A DNA stretch of 64,000 nucleotides from Eledone cirrhosa (GCA_964016885.1 OZ024742.1:180544001-180608000), one strand, 5' to 3'. Shown: positions 39,601 through 51,927, numbered from the stretch's first letter. Notes: generated by a model from the letters alone, not told the origin. Made by a program: numbers and translations.

Positions 39601-40530
39601 TGACAGAGGGGCTGAACTGTCAACTGATGACTATCTAATTATCTGCAGTGTGTACATGTTGACAGAGGGGCTGAACTGTCAACTGATGGCTATCTAATTA
39701 TCTGCAGTGTGTACATGTTGACAGAGGGGCTGAACTGTCAACTGATGGCTATCTAATTATCTGCAGTGTGTCCATGTTGACAGAGAGGCTGAGCTGTCAA
39801 CTGATGACTATCTAATTATCTGCAGTGTTGTCCATGTTGACAGAGAGGCTGAGCTGTCAACTGATGACTATCTAATTATCTGCAGTGTGTACATGGTGAC
39901 AGAGGGGCTGAACTGTCAACTGATGGCTATCTAATTATCTGCAGTGTGTCCATGTTGACAGAGAGGCTGAGCTGTCAACTGGTGACTATCTAATCTGCAG
40001 TGTGTCCATGTTGACAGAGGGGCTGAACTGTCAACTGATGACTATCTAATTATCTGCAGTGTGTACATGTTGACAGAGGGGCTGAACTGTCAACTGATGG
40101 CTATCTAATTATCTGCAGTGTGTACATGTTGACAGAGGGGCTGAACTGTCAACTGATGGCTATCTAATTATCTGCAGTGTGTCCATGTTGACAGAGAGGC
40201 TGAGCTGTCAACTGGTGACTATCTAATTATCTGCAGTGTGTCCATGTTGACAGAGAGGCTGAGCTGTCAACTGATGACTATCTAATTATCTGCAGTGTGT
40301 ACATGTTGACAGAGGGGCTGAACTGTCAACTGATGGCTATCTAATTATCTGCAGCGTGTACATGTTGACAGAGGGGCTGAACTGTCAACTGATGGCTATC
40401 TAATTATCTGCAGTGTGACCATGTTGACAGAGGGGCTGAACTGTCAACTGGTGACTATGTTATTATCTGCAGTGTGTCCATGTTGACAGAGAGGCTGAGC
40501 TGTCAACTGATGACTATCTAATTATCTGCA
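36625..40530 (+). repeat. 59-bp tandem array (~66 units) derived from a LINE endonuclease coding segment
   Basis: Unit TGCAGTGTGTCCATGTTGACAGAG(G/A)GGCTGA(G/A)CTGTCAACTGATG(A/G)CTATCTAATTATC, with internal inverted repeat GTTGACAG/CTGTCAAC. Confidence 0.98.
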
Positions 40531-40672
40531 ACGTGAAACTATCTAAAGTCAAGAAAATCCATAAAACTAGCAAGTCCAGCTCTATCTACAGTTAAATGTG
40601 GGAAGTGCTGGCTGATAAGGAGGTCAGGAACAAGTATGCAGATATTATTGCTTCCAAATTCAGAAAAGTGCA
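40477..40672 (+). mobile_element. RTE (Rex3/Expander-like) LINE fragment: end of the APE domain and linker
   Basis: In-frame VHVDREAELSTDDYLIICNVKLSKVKKIHKTSKSSSIYS*MWEVLADKEVRNKYADIIASKFRK. Confidence 0.72.
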
Positions 40673-40989
40673 TATCATTATCATCGTTTAACGTCCATCT
40701 TCCATGCTAGCATGGGTTAGACGGTTTTATTCCATTTGATGGAGGAATGGTCAGGAGACCATGTCTCACTCACATGGAAGCGTCCCTGGCAGGTTTTTTT
40801 ACTGCTGGATGCCCTTTCTAGCACCAACCACATTTACAGTATATATATATCATCATCATCATCATTGATTAACGTCCATCTGCCATGCAATCATAGGTTA
40901 GATGGGTCCCATTTAGAGGCAAGTTGGGTTGGGTGACCATGTCTCACTCATATTGGGGTGTTTCTAGCTGGATACCCTTCCTAACACCA

Positions 40990-41240
40990 ACCACATTGAC
41001 AGTGTATGCTGGGTGCTTTTTGTCGTATCTTTTACATGTCCACTTTACAGTGTGGCCTGGGTACTTTTTGTTGTGTGTTTTACATGTCCACTTTACAGTG
41101 TGGGATGGGTGCTTTTTGTTGTGTTTTACATGTCCACTTTACAGTATGGGCTGGGTACTTTTTGTTGTGTGTTTTACATGTCCACTTTACAGTGTGGGAT
41201 GGGTGCTTTTTGCCGTGTCTTTTACATGTCTACTTTACAG
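40990..41240. repeat. ~48-bp tandem repeat (about 5 units) inside an RTE-tailed SINE
   Basis: CCACTTTACAGTGTGGGATGGGTGCTTTTTGTTGTGTGTTTTACATGT units. Confidence 0.85.
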
Positions 41241-41279
41241 TTTTGTCTTGTATTTGGGAAGCCTTTCAAGGGAGTTATT

Positions 41280-42060
41280 TTCAAGACTATATATATTTAC
41301 AAGTGTTTCCAAGCCCCTAAAGGTCATGAATGGAGAGGGAGACTGGACATGTCTTCAAACAGATATGCTAACTATTATCCAATGGATGACAAAAAACAAT
41401 ATGCTACTAAACGAGGATTAATTTGAATTAATCCACCTTAGAAAAGATGATACATTGAAGTTATATTTTCTTCTCACAGGTGAAACCCTCATGGCACCAA
41501 ACAATAGCAGAGACCTTAGAGTAATTATTAATTTAAGCTGGGGTATTCACATAGACAACAAAGCTGACTTGGCCTGCAGAACATGTTCCTGGATTCTCAG
41601 AGCTTTCTGGTCTAGAGGAATCCAGACCATCATCTACTTTACCTTTACCATCCTTGAATTCTGTTACCCATTGTGGTCTCCTCATATGAAACCAAGTAGT
41701 ATGAAAATTGAAGCACCCCAGAGGACAGGCCTTGATTATTTGGGGTCTGCTAAAAAAACTCAAACTCGTTCTTCAACACTGCTGTCAACACTACATCATC
41801 TCTATGATGTGGAAAAGAGTTTGTCAATATTGCCCAAATGATGTTGGCATCACCTTTATAAAGCAGCCAAGGCTTGGTCTCTGGGCTATCCGCATACTAC
41901 AAAAATTTAACTTACACCTCTTAGCAATGATATGACACAACTACTTCACTTCATCTGGTCATGCTCTCTTTAATATCATACTAAAGACAGAAACATGTCC
42001 ATAATATTTAAATGTTTCCTAGATTAATTCCTCAAATAATTCCTGGATAAACCCCCTGCA
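41280..42060 (+). mobile_element. Degenerate CR1-clade LINE 3' fragment
   Basis: LQTD...I.QW...NNMLLNED, RDL.VI, WILRAFWSR, LEFCYPLWSPH, KIEAPQR. Confidence 0.82.
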
Positions 42061-42304
42061 TCTGTATATATATATATATATGAAGTAATTCCGTCAGAAA
42101 GGTCCAGGGAAAAAGAGTGCTCTATGTAGGTTACAGAGCTTATTAGTTATGTAATAAACATATATATATCCGAAAACAACATTACTCAACTAGAGAGAAC
42201 CACAGTGTCCAAAACAGGACTAAGTTGTGAACTTATTATCTGAAAGATGTCGAGAGGTGCTGCTTTTAAGTTAGTACCAACACTCACCAATTCTGTCAAA
42301 GTTT

Positions 42305-42504
42305 TATATATGTATGATTTACATATATATATATATATCATATATATACTTATATGATATATATATATATATATATATATATATCATATATATACTTATA
42401 TGCATATCATATATATATATATACTTATAAGCATATCATATATATATATATATGATATGCATATAAGAATATATATATATATGATATGCATATAAGTATA
42501 TTTA

Positions 42505-42543
<39 letters not shown>

Positions 42544-42594
42544 TATATATATATATGTATAAGTATATATATGATATGCTTATAAGTATATATA

Positions 42595-42627
<33 letters not shown>

Positions 42628-42793
42628 TATATATATATATAAGTATACATATATAGATATATAAGTATATATATATATATGATATACATATAAGTATATA
42701 TATGATATATATATATATATATATGTATAAGTATATATATATATGATATACATATATGTATAAGTGCGTGTGTGTATATATATATATATATAT
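42305..42793. repeat. Compound AT microsatellite ((TA)n punctuated by ATAAGT and ATGAT)
   Basis: Direct inspection. Confidence 0.9.
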
Positions 42794-43479
42794 AGAAAAC
42801 CAAAGTGAATCCTTTGAAGGTTACTTAAGACATTCCACGATAGTGTAACACATATAATAGCCATTAAAGCTGTTTACATTCATATATTCCATCATATTCT
42901 ATAGGTATGTACTTCGTGATAAGAAGTGTGTGTAATACACACACTTTCACACACACATACATGTATAGTGGTTGTCATCTCAAATCCAAACAAAACCACT
43001 TCCTTATCTTAGTTATTAGTCAACAACAGACATTAGCTTTTCTGCTGTGGGCCCTTATATGACTAGCCGAGACCTGACTTTGTCTTGAATATTTTATGGC
43101 AGATGTATATAAATACATATGATAGTAGGGAAAATGATAATGATGATTTAATACACAAGAACACTCACATACACACACACACATATATATATATTTATAT
43201 ATATAGTGTTGTGTTATCTAACATTGAAGTACATTTTCTTCATTGTATAATTCAGATTACTTTTTCAAAGAAAGATATTTCAATCTAATGTAACCGTATT
43301 CAATGTTTCGTAAATTGCTTTTTACATTGTTTTCACAAATATTGACCTCTTGTCCCTGAAGAACCAGATTGGATTTTTTTATGAGGTATGTGAAAAAAAA
43401 ATCAAAATTTGGGTGCAAAAAGTATAGGTTTGACTTTTCCATGGCATTGACTTTTAAACAATTATATATGTTATTGTTA

Positions 43480-43685
43480 TTTGGCAGAATCGATAGAGTG
43501 CCTGACAACATGCTTATTGGCATAGATCTTTATTGTCTGATTTCAAATCCTGTCGAGGTTAGCTTTGCCTTTCATCCTTACAGGATTGATAAAATAAAGT
43601 ACTAGTAATGCACTAGGGTCGATTTAATTGACTTTCCCTTTCCCCAAAATCATTGACCTTGTGCCTAAATCAGAAACCATTATTT
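43480..43685 (+). mobile_element. Older Nin-SINE variant
   Basis: TTGGCAGAATCGATAGAG head; TTTGCCTTTCATCCTTACAGGATTGATAAAATAAAGTAC core. Confidence 0.75.
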
Positions 43686-44054
43686 TTATTGTAATTAATT
43701 TCATTGTTCTTACACAAAATAATGAAATATATGCTAATATTGAAAATAAAAATAGTTCTTAACTTAGAATAAGGTTTCATAAATCATATATATAAAAGCA
43801 AATGAATTAAATAAGAATAAATAATTACATAATTCATTCAGCTACATTTGGCCTAAATTGATTAATAACAACAATAATGCTCAAATATTACAAATATAGC
43901 ATTAAATAAAGCAGTGATTTGAGAAAAAGGAAAGATAAGAAATTTAGAAATAGAATATATGTATTTCCCTCTTTATACATTCCATTCATTTAAAAAAAAT
44001 GAAAGTACAAAGACTATAAATATTCATTCTCCATTCATAAGTTCCAATCTGCAC

Positions 44055-44107
<53 letters not shown>

Positions 44108-44593
44108 AATGGAGGTTTAGTAAAATCGAAGTTTGGGTTCTGGCCAAGCTAACGATATACAATTAGGAATGTGCAGCAAAGCACTCCATAAGGTTGTGTC
44201 ACCTTAGAGTAATAACATATATTAGATAGCTTGACAAATTGAAAACTGCGACCAGTGACCCAGCCACATGAAACCAAAGCAACGAAAAAAAACAATCAGG
44301 TATTGACAAACAGACCTGGACCATCTCGATCGATATTAAGCAATATCTCCGATAGGTTTCTATGAATCAAAAATCAACAATCCCACTTGCGTAGTATGCA
44401 AGTTTTTGGTATTCGATGATCGAACAGTAATCTCACGTTATCAACAGGCTTCCATTCTGTGCCCTGAACCGGTGTGAAGCGTATCAGTAAACCATTTTCC
44501 ATCGCATGCTTTTTTCCCAAAGGGAAGTAACCCCCGGTTTTTGGCGGGCGAATTCAAATTAATTCCATTCCACAAACCGAATAAAGCTCTTGA

Positions 44594-44756
44594 CTGGATT
44601 GGCAGTATCGGTAGAGGGTCGGACGCCATGCTTTCCAGCATAGTTATGTCCCTTTACGATCTGAGTTCAAATCCCGCCGACGGGGTCGATCAAATAAAGT
44701 ACCAGTAATGCACTGGGTTATTGCTGGCCTTGTGCCTAAAGTAGAAACAATTATTA
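44594..44756 (+). mobile_element. Nin-SINE with an internal deletion
   Basis: Head and tail are intact; CCCGCCGA is joined directly to CGGGGTCGAT. Confidence 0.85.
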
Positions 44757-44920
44757 AAGAAACATAAATAATTAACTAATCAATAGAATTGTCTAATTAA
44801 ATTAATTAATTAATTATTAGGTCTAGGAGATAATCATATAAATATATATATATATGTGTGTCAGTTACGTAATAAATGTTAATCCCTCAACTACGAAATT
44901 GGTGTATTCATGTCATTTAT

Positions 44921-44962
<42 letters not shown>

Positions 44963-44966
<4 letters not shown>

Positions 44967-45155
44967 ATAATAATACATTTAAAGACTAAAATCCAAAGAG
45001 GGCTCGATGAGGATAAATATATATCAAATATATAAGAACCATAGAGCAAATATTTATTAAAATAAAAGATTAAAGTTTAAGCAAAAATCACTGCTTTCAA
45101 AAGCAGCGATTCTTTGCTTAAACTTTAATTTGTTATTTTAATAAATATATATATC
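44963..45155. mobile_element. Small TA-associated element (copy 2) with a fold-back at the hammerhead stem III
   Basis: Same terminus as 34342; TTAAAGTTTAAGCAAAAATCACTGCTTT / AAAGCAGCGATTCTTTGCTTAAACTTTAA form an inverted pair. Confidence 0.7.
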
Positions 45156-45334
45156 AGAATTGAACAAGTTTTAAATTAGTTAGACCATTAATCAATAGAG
45201 AACTCAATACTTAGTAGTATGATTATATTAGAGTAGAGTATGATTATATTAGAAAGAGTTGGGTAGCTAGCCGTTGAAACAGCAAGTGCTCAGCTGTCGT
45301 GCCCTGACTAATGTATATTCAGCACATTTTAAAA

Positions 45335-45581
45335 TTAAGATAATTCTTGTTAGCCATTTCACCCTTATGAAATATATTCTATTTTAATTAATTAATGAAG
45401 AATTTCGAATTATTTATGGAAATTATTATTTGTTTCATTACTAAATTAGAAACTTAACTTTTGGTTCTTATATAAAATTATGTTGGAAGATGTAAAATAA
45501 AATAGGGGACCTTTTTAAATGGTTGGTTTTGCTTCATAGACACATGGATGGTTTTGGCTGTGTTTATATCAAAAGGGTTAA
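45335..45581. mobile_element. Possible piggyBac-like MITE remnant
   Basis: Ends AAAAGGG-TTAA; the left end is degenerate. Confidence 0.4.
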
Positions 45582-46440
45582 ATAAAACAGGGCAGTATAA
45601 AGGGTGATGGTGCAGCGAGATTAGTCTAGTGTTGGTGTCACAAAAAATATACCCAGTTCACTCAGTAAGATCGTTGGTGTTAAGAAGGGCATCCAGCCAT
45701 AGAAACCTTGCCAAATATGGAACATATGAGCAAATGTAGTTGCTCTGATAAATCAATACATCAAACCCATGTTAGTATTCGAAAGCAAACATAAATTGAT
45801 GATGATGCTGCAGCTGATTATGCTGATGATGATGTGTCCCCATTCACATATCTAATTGTGCACAGTTGTCAGGGCTCAAATATACTTTACAGCAAAATAT
45901 TGGTAAAAATTATCAGATTTGTCTCACAACACCCACAAAGATTATCAGTGATACACTAAAATTTTGAAACTTCTGGAATATAAATTCCTTTAATTGCTTT
46001 TTACTACTGCATGCTCTTTCTACTGAATGCATAGTTGTAAACATGTATAGGTATGTATGTATGGATATGTACGGTTGTGGACTAGGTCTAAAAATATTGG
46101 TTGCCAGGAGATAAAGAACGCTATAATTTAATTTTTATTATGAATAAATAACATTTTCAATAAATACGTATATAAAAACAAAACAGTGCAATCAAATTTT
46201 TTGGGGAAAAAATGTGTATTTTTTTTTTACTAATTTTAGTTTATATATATATATGGTACATATTACTGGCAGTATACAGTAATACAAAATGTTAATACAG
46301 AATATTATAATTGAATCTTTAGATAATTTTGAATGTATAGTAAACTGTTATATAGAGTAGAGTATGCAAGTGACAGTTCTTACCTTCTCCAATAAAAATA
46401 TAAAGTACCTTGTGAAATATACACATCCAGAAACTTTCAA

Positions 46441-46629
46441 TAATTGTTTCTACTTTTAGGCACAAAGCCAGCAATTACCCAGTGTATTACTGGTACTTTA
46501 TTTTATCGACCCCGTAAGGATGAAAGGCAAAGTCAACCTCGGCGGGATTTGAACTCAGATCGTAAAGGGACATAACTATGCTAGAAAGCATGGCGTCCAA
46601 CCCTCTATCAATACTGCCAATCCACCGCC
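46441..46629 (-). mobile_element. Full-length Nin-SINE with TSD
   Basis: ACTTTCAATAAT at 46433-46444 and 46634-46645. Confidence 0.9.
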
Positions 46630-46883
46630 AGAGACTTTCAATAATGACCTTTGGTCTTCCACACTCACTCAATATATATATATCAGGGAGTGTGTGTATG
46701 TGTACATGTGTATGTATAGATTTACATATATATATACATGTTTTCAACTTGTACAAAAATTATTTGGTGACTCATTTTCCCTAGGGACTTTAGACTGAAG
46801 ATCTGACCACTAATTGATCTTAAATATGTCTTTAACTCATTGATATAAAAAATATTTGACCAGCAGCTCCTGTGTATGTGTAA

Positions 46884-46937
<54 letters not shown>

Positions 46938-47329
46938 CCATGTATGCATGAATGAATACAGTAAGCTATAAATCTAGACAACCAGTGATTCCAACTGCTA
47001 GCACTATCATATATTTTGGTTTCTATTAATTCAATAGGGTATTGTTTGACCAAATGCTTTGCTTATTTTTTTTATTAATTTTTTTTAATTTGTTCTTATT
47101 TCTCTAATACTTTTTTTTTAAAGATATTTTTTGAAAGCAAAAATGGCCCCTAGAATACTACAGTGGACTCCTGCAATGCTACTATGGGCCCCCTGAGGCC
47201 CACTTCCCAAAGGGAAACCTGGCAACCTGGTCAGTCTGCCACTGGAATATTCTCAAAAATTATCGTTTTGTTACCGTGCTATGGCACTGCCACATGAACC
47301 CATCAAAAAGCTTTCATTCCCTTGTTTCA

Positions 47330-48310
47330 TAGAGCACACACCTTAGCTCTGACAATGCAGCCTTCATGTTTTGAATTGAAGAAATAGTCTAGTGTCATTC
47401 TCACAGCTAGAACGTTGGCTGCAATGCCACTCCTAATTACCTCATCAAGTTTAGCTACTAACTCCTCCTCCTTTCTAGTTTTTCCTATCACTCCTTCTTT
47501 ACTAAATTCTATTGATTCTACTCTAATTCTCTCTTAAGAGCCCCCCACTACCACCACCTGTTGTTGATGATTTCCCCCTGTCAACTTTTGCTTAACTAAG
47601 GTGCAAATCTGTTTGCTGTAGTCTTTGCAGTGGGAACTGTCTATTCTATCTAGATCGACCATGCAGATCATGAATTCATGATCTGAATAGGCAATAGTTT
47701 GAAATTGTGGACACCCTCGGCTATCCCTTTCTGCTAACCTAATGAAAAACCTATTTATATACAATGTAGATGACCCTATGTGATTGATCCAGCTCAACAC
47801 TGGTCAGTACCTGTCAGAGAGTTAGAAATGTCTGATCAGTTTCTTGAGTCTTTTGCACCCCTCACTTCTATCTGCTACTCCCACACAATCCCATCATGCC
47901 TCCCAGATGCCATTTCAGTCCTCCTGCAAATAATAAAGTGTGAGTCATTCCAAGACTTCCACACACACCTGAAGAAATTTGGCCATCCAGCTCTAGTCAA
48001 GGCATAGACAGGTACTAGACCAAAGACACCACCTTCGCTATTGCTCATGTCCAGAATCACCAACTTAAAGTCTGCATCCAGGAAGATTGTCTGTACTTAG
48101 AGATCCAGGCCTTTCCTAAACAGTAATGCCATCTCGCCTCCCATTCCAGGCCGACTAAAGATGTGAAGTTCTCAGAGTTGTAAAAAATGGTGGCTATTGT
48201 TTGTGTGTGTGTCAGAAATCCTGGTCTCGCTGACAGCTATTATATCAATATCTAATGACCAGATGTTGTTCAGCAGGTGACCTTGTTTCCAAGATGACCC
48301 CAGGTCTGGT
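47330..48310 (-). mobile_element. Tx1/L1-like LINE APE endonuclease remnant
   Basis: Minus frames WKQGHLLNNIWSLDIDIIAVSET, GGEMALLFRKG, FRLVPVYA and AYSDHEF. Confidence 0.75.
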
Positions 48311-48589
48311 TAGTTCAGAGAGAATCAAAAGAGGAAGGGGCTACATACACTCTGGGTGCTGTTGGAGATGTTGTTTGCTGTTGATTTTTTTATGTTTGTG
48401 TGTGTGAGTGTTTGTGCATGTAGGTATATGTGTGCATGCATGTGTGTTTGTTTCAGAGTACCTCTTAACTTTAGCACCATGTAAAATCAAATGGAAATAT
48501 TTGTTTGTGTCACACATAAACAGTACATGTTGCGGCTTAGCTGTTCAACCAAAGCCAGATGCATTTAACATAAGTTAAAAATTATATAT

Positions 48590-48853
48590 GAATTATGGTT
48601 TGTCATCAAAATATTTCCCCCAACATAGGCCATCATCATCCTGTGAATTACAATGGTGATGATGGTGACAGTTATGATGATGGTAATGATTATAATGATG
48701 GCAATGATAATGATGATGAAGATGAGCACAATGACAACAACAATGGTGATGATGGTTGTGATGCTGACAATGACAAGAAGGACGTGATGACAGCAATAAC
48801 AATAGTGATGATAATGATGATGGTGGTGGCATGATGATGATGATGTTGATAAT
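48590..48853. repeat. Degenerate (ATG/ATA)n trinucleotide tract
   Basis: Low-complexity ATG-rich sequence. Confidence 0.85.
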
Positions 48854-49036
48854 TGTTTCTACTTTTGGTACAAGGCCAGCAATTATCCCAGTGTATTACT
48901 GGTACTTTATTTTATCGCGCCCCGTAAGGATGAAAGGCAAAGTTAACCTCGGCGGGATTTGAACTCAGTCCGTAAAGGGACGTAACTGTGCTGGAAAGCA
49001 AGGCGTCCGACCCTCTACCGATACTGCCAATCCACC
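48852..49036 (-). mobile_element. Full-length Nin-SINE with a 14-bp TSD
   Basis: ATGATGTTGATAAT at 48840-48853 and 49038-49051. Confidence 0.9.
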
Positions 49037-49234
49037 AATGATGTTGATAATGACATATAAAATTTTAACTTTTAACTAGTTTCTCCTGTCACATACAAAA
49101 TACAGCAATGTAAGAAAAGCACATCTAAGAAGCTGTCTGTTGCTTATGATTTAAGTAATTACTTTGGCAAACAATCTCTCAACTCAATTCCATTATTCTG
49201 AAAGCAATTACAGGATGTGTTATTGTGTATATAT

Positions 49235-49540
49235 TATTATGAAACCTGCATGCTCTGATGGATGTGTAATAGTAATGTACATGAACGGCAAAGTCTAAAT
49301 GAACTGAGAGAGAAATTGGGCATATGAGGTATCAGATGCTGTGTGCAAGAGAGAAGATTTTATTGGTATGGCTATGTGATGCCAATGAGGGATGACAGCT
49401 GTATAAAAAGGTGCAGGGTGATCAAAGTTGGTGGAAGCTATGGAAACCTGGGATGAGCTGGGATCATCTGATCATTATAGCCTCAGTATATGACAATCAA
49501 TCTAAGCAAGCATGGAAAATAGATGATAGGGATGATGTAT
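49235..49540 (+). mobile_element. RTE LINE 3' fragment
   Basis: LNELREKLGI*GIRCCVQERRFYWYGYV; ends in a GCATGGAAAA..GATGAT tail. Confidence 0.75.
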
Positions 49541-49704
49541 TATGACCCTTATAATTTTAATCCCAGATTAATTATCAAAAAACTTCACATACAACTGAAG
49601 ATATTTGAGTAATAGGCTGATGCTTGTTGTCTGATGATTTCTTGGTATTTACCATGAATGAAACTAGAAGTAGCCATGTATTATCATAGAATATCATATA
49701 TCAT

Positions 49705-50098
49705 ATTATGCACTGTGAGTATGTGAGTGAATAGACTGGAGAGAAATGAAGCAGCCATCCTTCGTTTAATGCGCAATGAAAATGTGAGAGAAAAGCAGAG
49801 CTTGTATAAACTGGGTTTACGAGGAATTCAAAGTAGTGTGCAAGAGAAAAGACTGCATTGGTATGGACATGTAATGAGCATGGATGATGATCTCTGGTTG
49901 ACGAAGTGCCAGGAAATCCCAGTGGAGAGAAGCTGCAGTAGAAGCAGACCTGGCAGTGGTGGTGAGAACTGATCTCAACCCACCAAGTCTCACAGGAGAT
50001 GATGAAGGAACTATGTGTGGGTAGATGCTGTGCTGAAAAAGATATGTCCAACTCCTGCAAGTGCGTAAAAATGGACATAACAACGATGATGATGTTGA
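49705..50098 (+). mobile_element. RTE LINE 3' fragment with tail
   Basis: RLERNEAAILRLM...VQEKRLHWYGHVMSMDDD; tail AATGGACATAACAACGATGATG. Confidence 0.82.
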
Positions 50099-50924
50099 TA
50101 TATATTATAATCATCATCATCATTTAACATCTGCTTTCCCTGCTAGTAAGGGTTGCCTGAGTTTTCAGAGATCCAGTCAGTACTGAAATGAATCTACTAA
50201 ATCTCCCAGACAGGTTGGGTGTCCACATCTTGCTTACATAAGCTCTACTGAGTGCATTTTATCATGGCACTATCACTAGGGAACCTGTGTATGAGTCTGT
50301 ATGTGTTTCATAATTACTTCTCTGATTCTGCTATTGAGGAGATCAATATCTAGTAGATTTGGCCATTATCCAACAAGGATTTTTTTCTGTTTAAAATATA
50401 TCTACATACACAAAATATAATCTGAATTAGACAATATTTGTGTTCAACAATCCTTGAGATAAAATTCTTCAAATATGTCTGGGCAGTGTCATTATGTTGT
50501 CAACTTTTATAGAGTCCAAGGTGAGCTTCAGAAGTTATTTACTGTTGCCAGAAGAAGAAATGGGTGCACAATTAAAGAACATTTCGTTGTTGACATTACA
50601 TAATCAATCTTCTAATCCATTTACTATGATTGTTTGTCAGTTTTACTACACAGAAACTATTGCTACCACCATCGTTTTGATATATATATATGTACACAAT
50701 CATGTTTTACTAAATTCGCATTTAATATTATTACTATGTATATACATATATATATATTTATACAGTATTTATGTATCGAGAGAGAGAAAAAAAGAGGATA
50801 GGTGATGCATATAGTTATTTGCCAAGTAGTGTATGCCAAAGGTGCTCGATACTAGTGCCGGCAGTATTAAATATTCGAAGTGTTAGTGGGCTAGAGAGTT
50901 AGCAGAGCGTAAGCACGTGGGAAA

Positions 50925-51010
50925 GTAAGAAATCGGAGAATATACCATTAAAACATGTTTATTTATGTTTTAAATAAACATGTTTTAACGGTCTATTCTC
51001 CGATTTCTTA
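50925..51010. repeat. Fold-back with ~40-bp arms
   Basis: TAAGAAATCGGAGAATATACCATTAAAACATGTTTATTTA / TAAATAAACATGTTTTAACGGTCTATTCTCCGATTTCTTA. Confidence 0.85.
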
Positions 51011-51017
51011 TATATAT

Positions 51018-51927
51018 ATACTTTATAAACAACAAAGAGTGTTTTAGAACATTTAATTACTTATGATTGTTTCATGCAAGCACAAGGCCGGAATCATCGG
51101 ATTATATAGTAAAGGTTAAAACACAAATAAGCTTGCCAAAGAACATTTTGAGGATACACAATATGGGAAGTAAGCATAAGTATTAACATTCATATAAGAG
51201 AAGATAGCAAAGGTAGAAGAAACATATGAAAAATATGAGCATATAAATGCAAAAAATGAAATTAGCAGCAGCTAAAGCATTAAAAATATTTTAAATATGC
51301 TGGTATAGAGAAATATGGTGCTATAAAGAAGTTAAGTATAGTGAAAGGCATTTATCATCATTAATAAATAAACATATATCATAAACTTATGATATATGTT
51401 TATTTACTAATTAAGATATATGCTTTGCACTATACATAATGTATTTCCCAGCGTCGAAGATGCTACTTTTTTCCTAAAATAAGTCTCAAAAATCTACCAT
51501 ACGTCCTGGAGTCTGAAGGTTGTTTATTATTTTTTTCACAGTTTTTGGTTGTCAAAATTTGGGTGCGTCCTTGAGGACAAAGCGTCTTAGGCGCCAGGAA
51601 ATATGGTAACTTCTTTATAGCACCATATTTCTCTACACCAGCATATTTAAAACACTTTTAATGATTTTAGCAGCTCCTAATTTCATTTTTTGCATTTATA
51701 TACTCATATTTTTCATGTTTCTTCTACGTTTGCTATCTTCTCTTATATGAATGTTAATAATTATGCTTACTTCCCATATTGTGTATCCTCAAAATGTTCT
51801 TTGGCAAGCTTATTTGTGTTTTAACCTTTACTATATAATCCGATGATTCTGGCCTTGTGCTTGCATGAAACGATCATAAGTAATTAAATGTTCTAGAACA
51901 CTCTTTGATTGTTGTTTATAAAGTATT
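51018..51927. repeat. Large palindrome (~365-bp arms, centre ~51385) with a MITE in the right arm
   Basis: 51018-51340 is the reverse complement of 51607-51927; the inner arms meet at ATCATAAACTTATGAT. Confidence 0.9.
51439..51606. mobile_element. Tc1/mariner (pogo-like) MITE with TA TSD
   Basis: TA-ATGTATTTCCCAGCGTCGAAGATGC ... GCGTCTTAGGCGCCAGGAAATATGG-TA; absent from the mirror arm of the palindrome. Confidence 0.8.

Noticed and set aside
36625-40530. CRISPR-like array or tandem hammerhead satellite (hairpin plus CTGATGA in many units)
   Set aside because: There are no unique spacers and no cas genes, and the context is eukaryotic. Units lack the GAAA box. The single CTGATGA...GAAACT...GTC at 40507-40550 has no stem I or II pairing and is explained by LINE codons.
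48593-48834. His-rich / Asp-rich protein
   Set aside because: Translation of a degenerate (ATG)n tract, with no supporting splice context.
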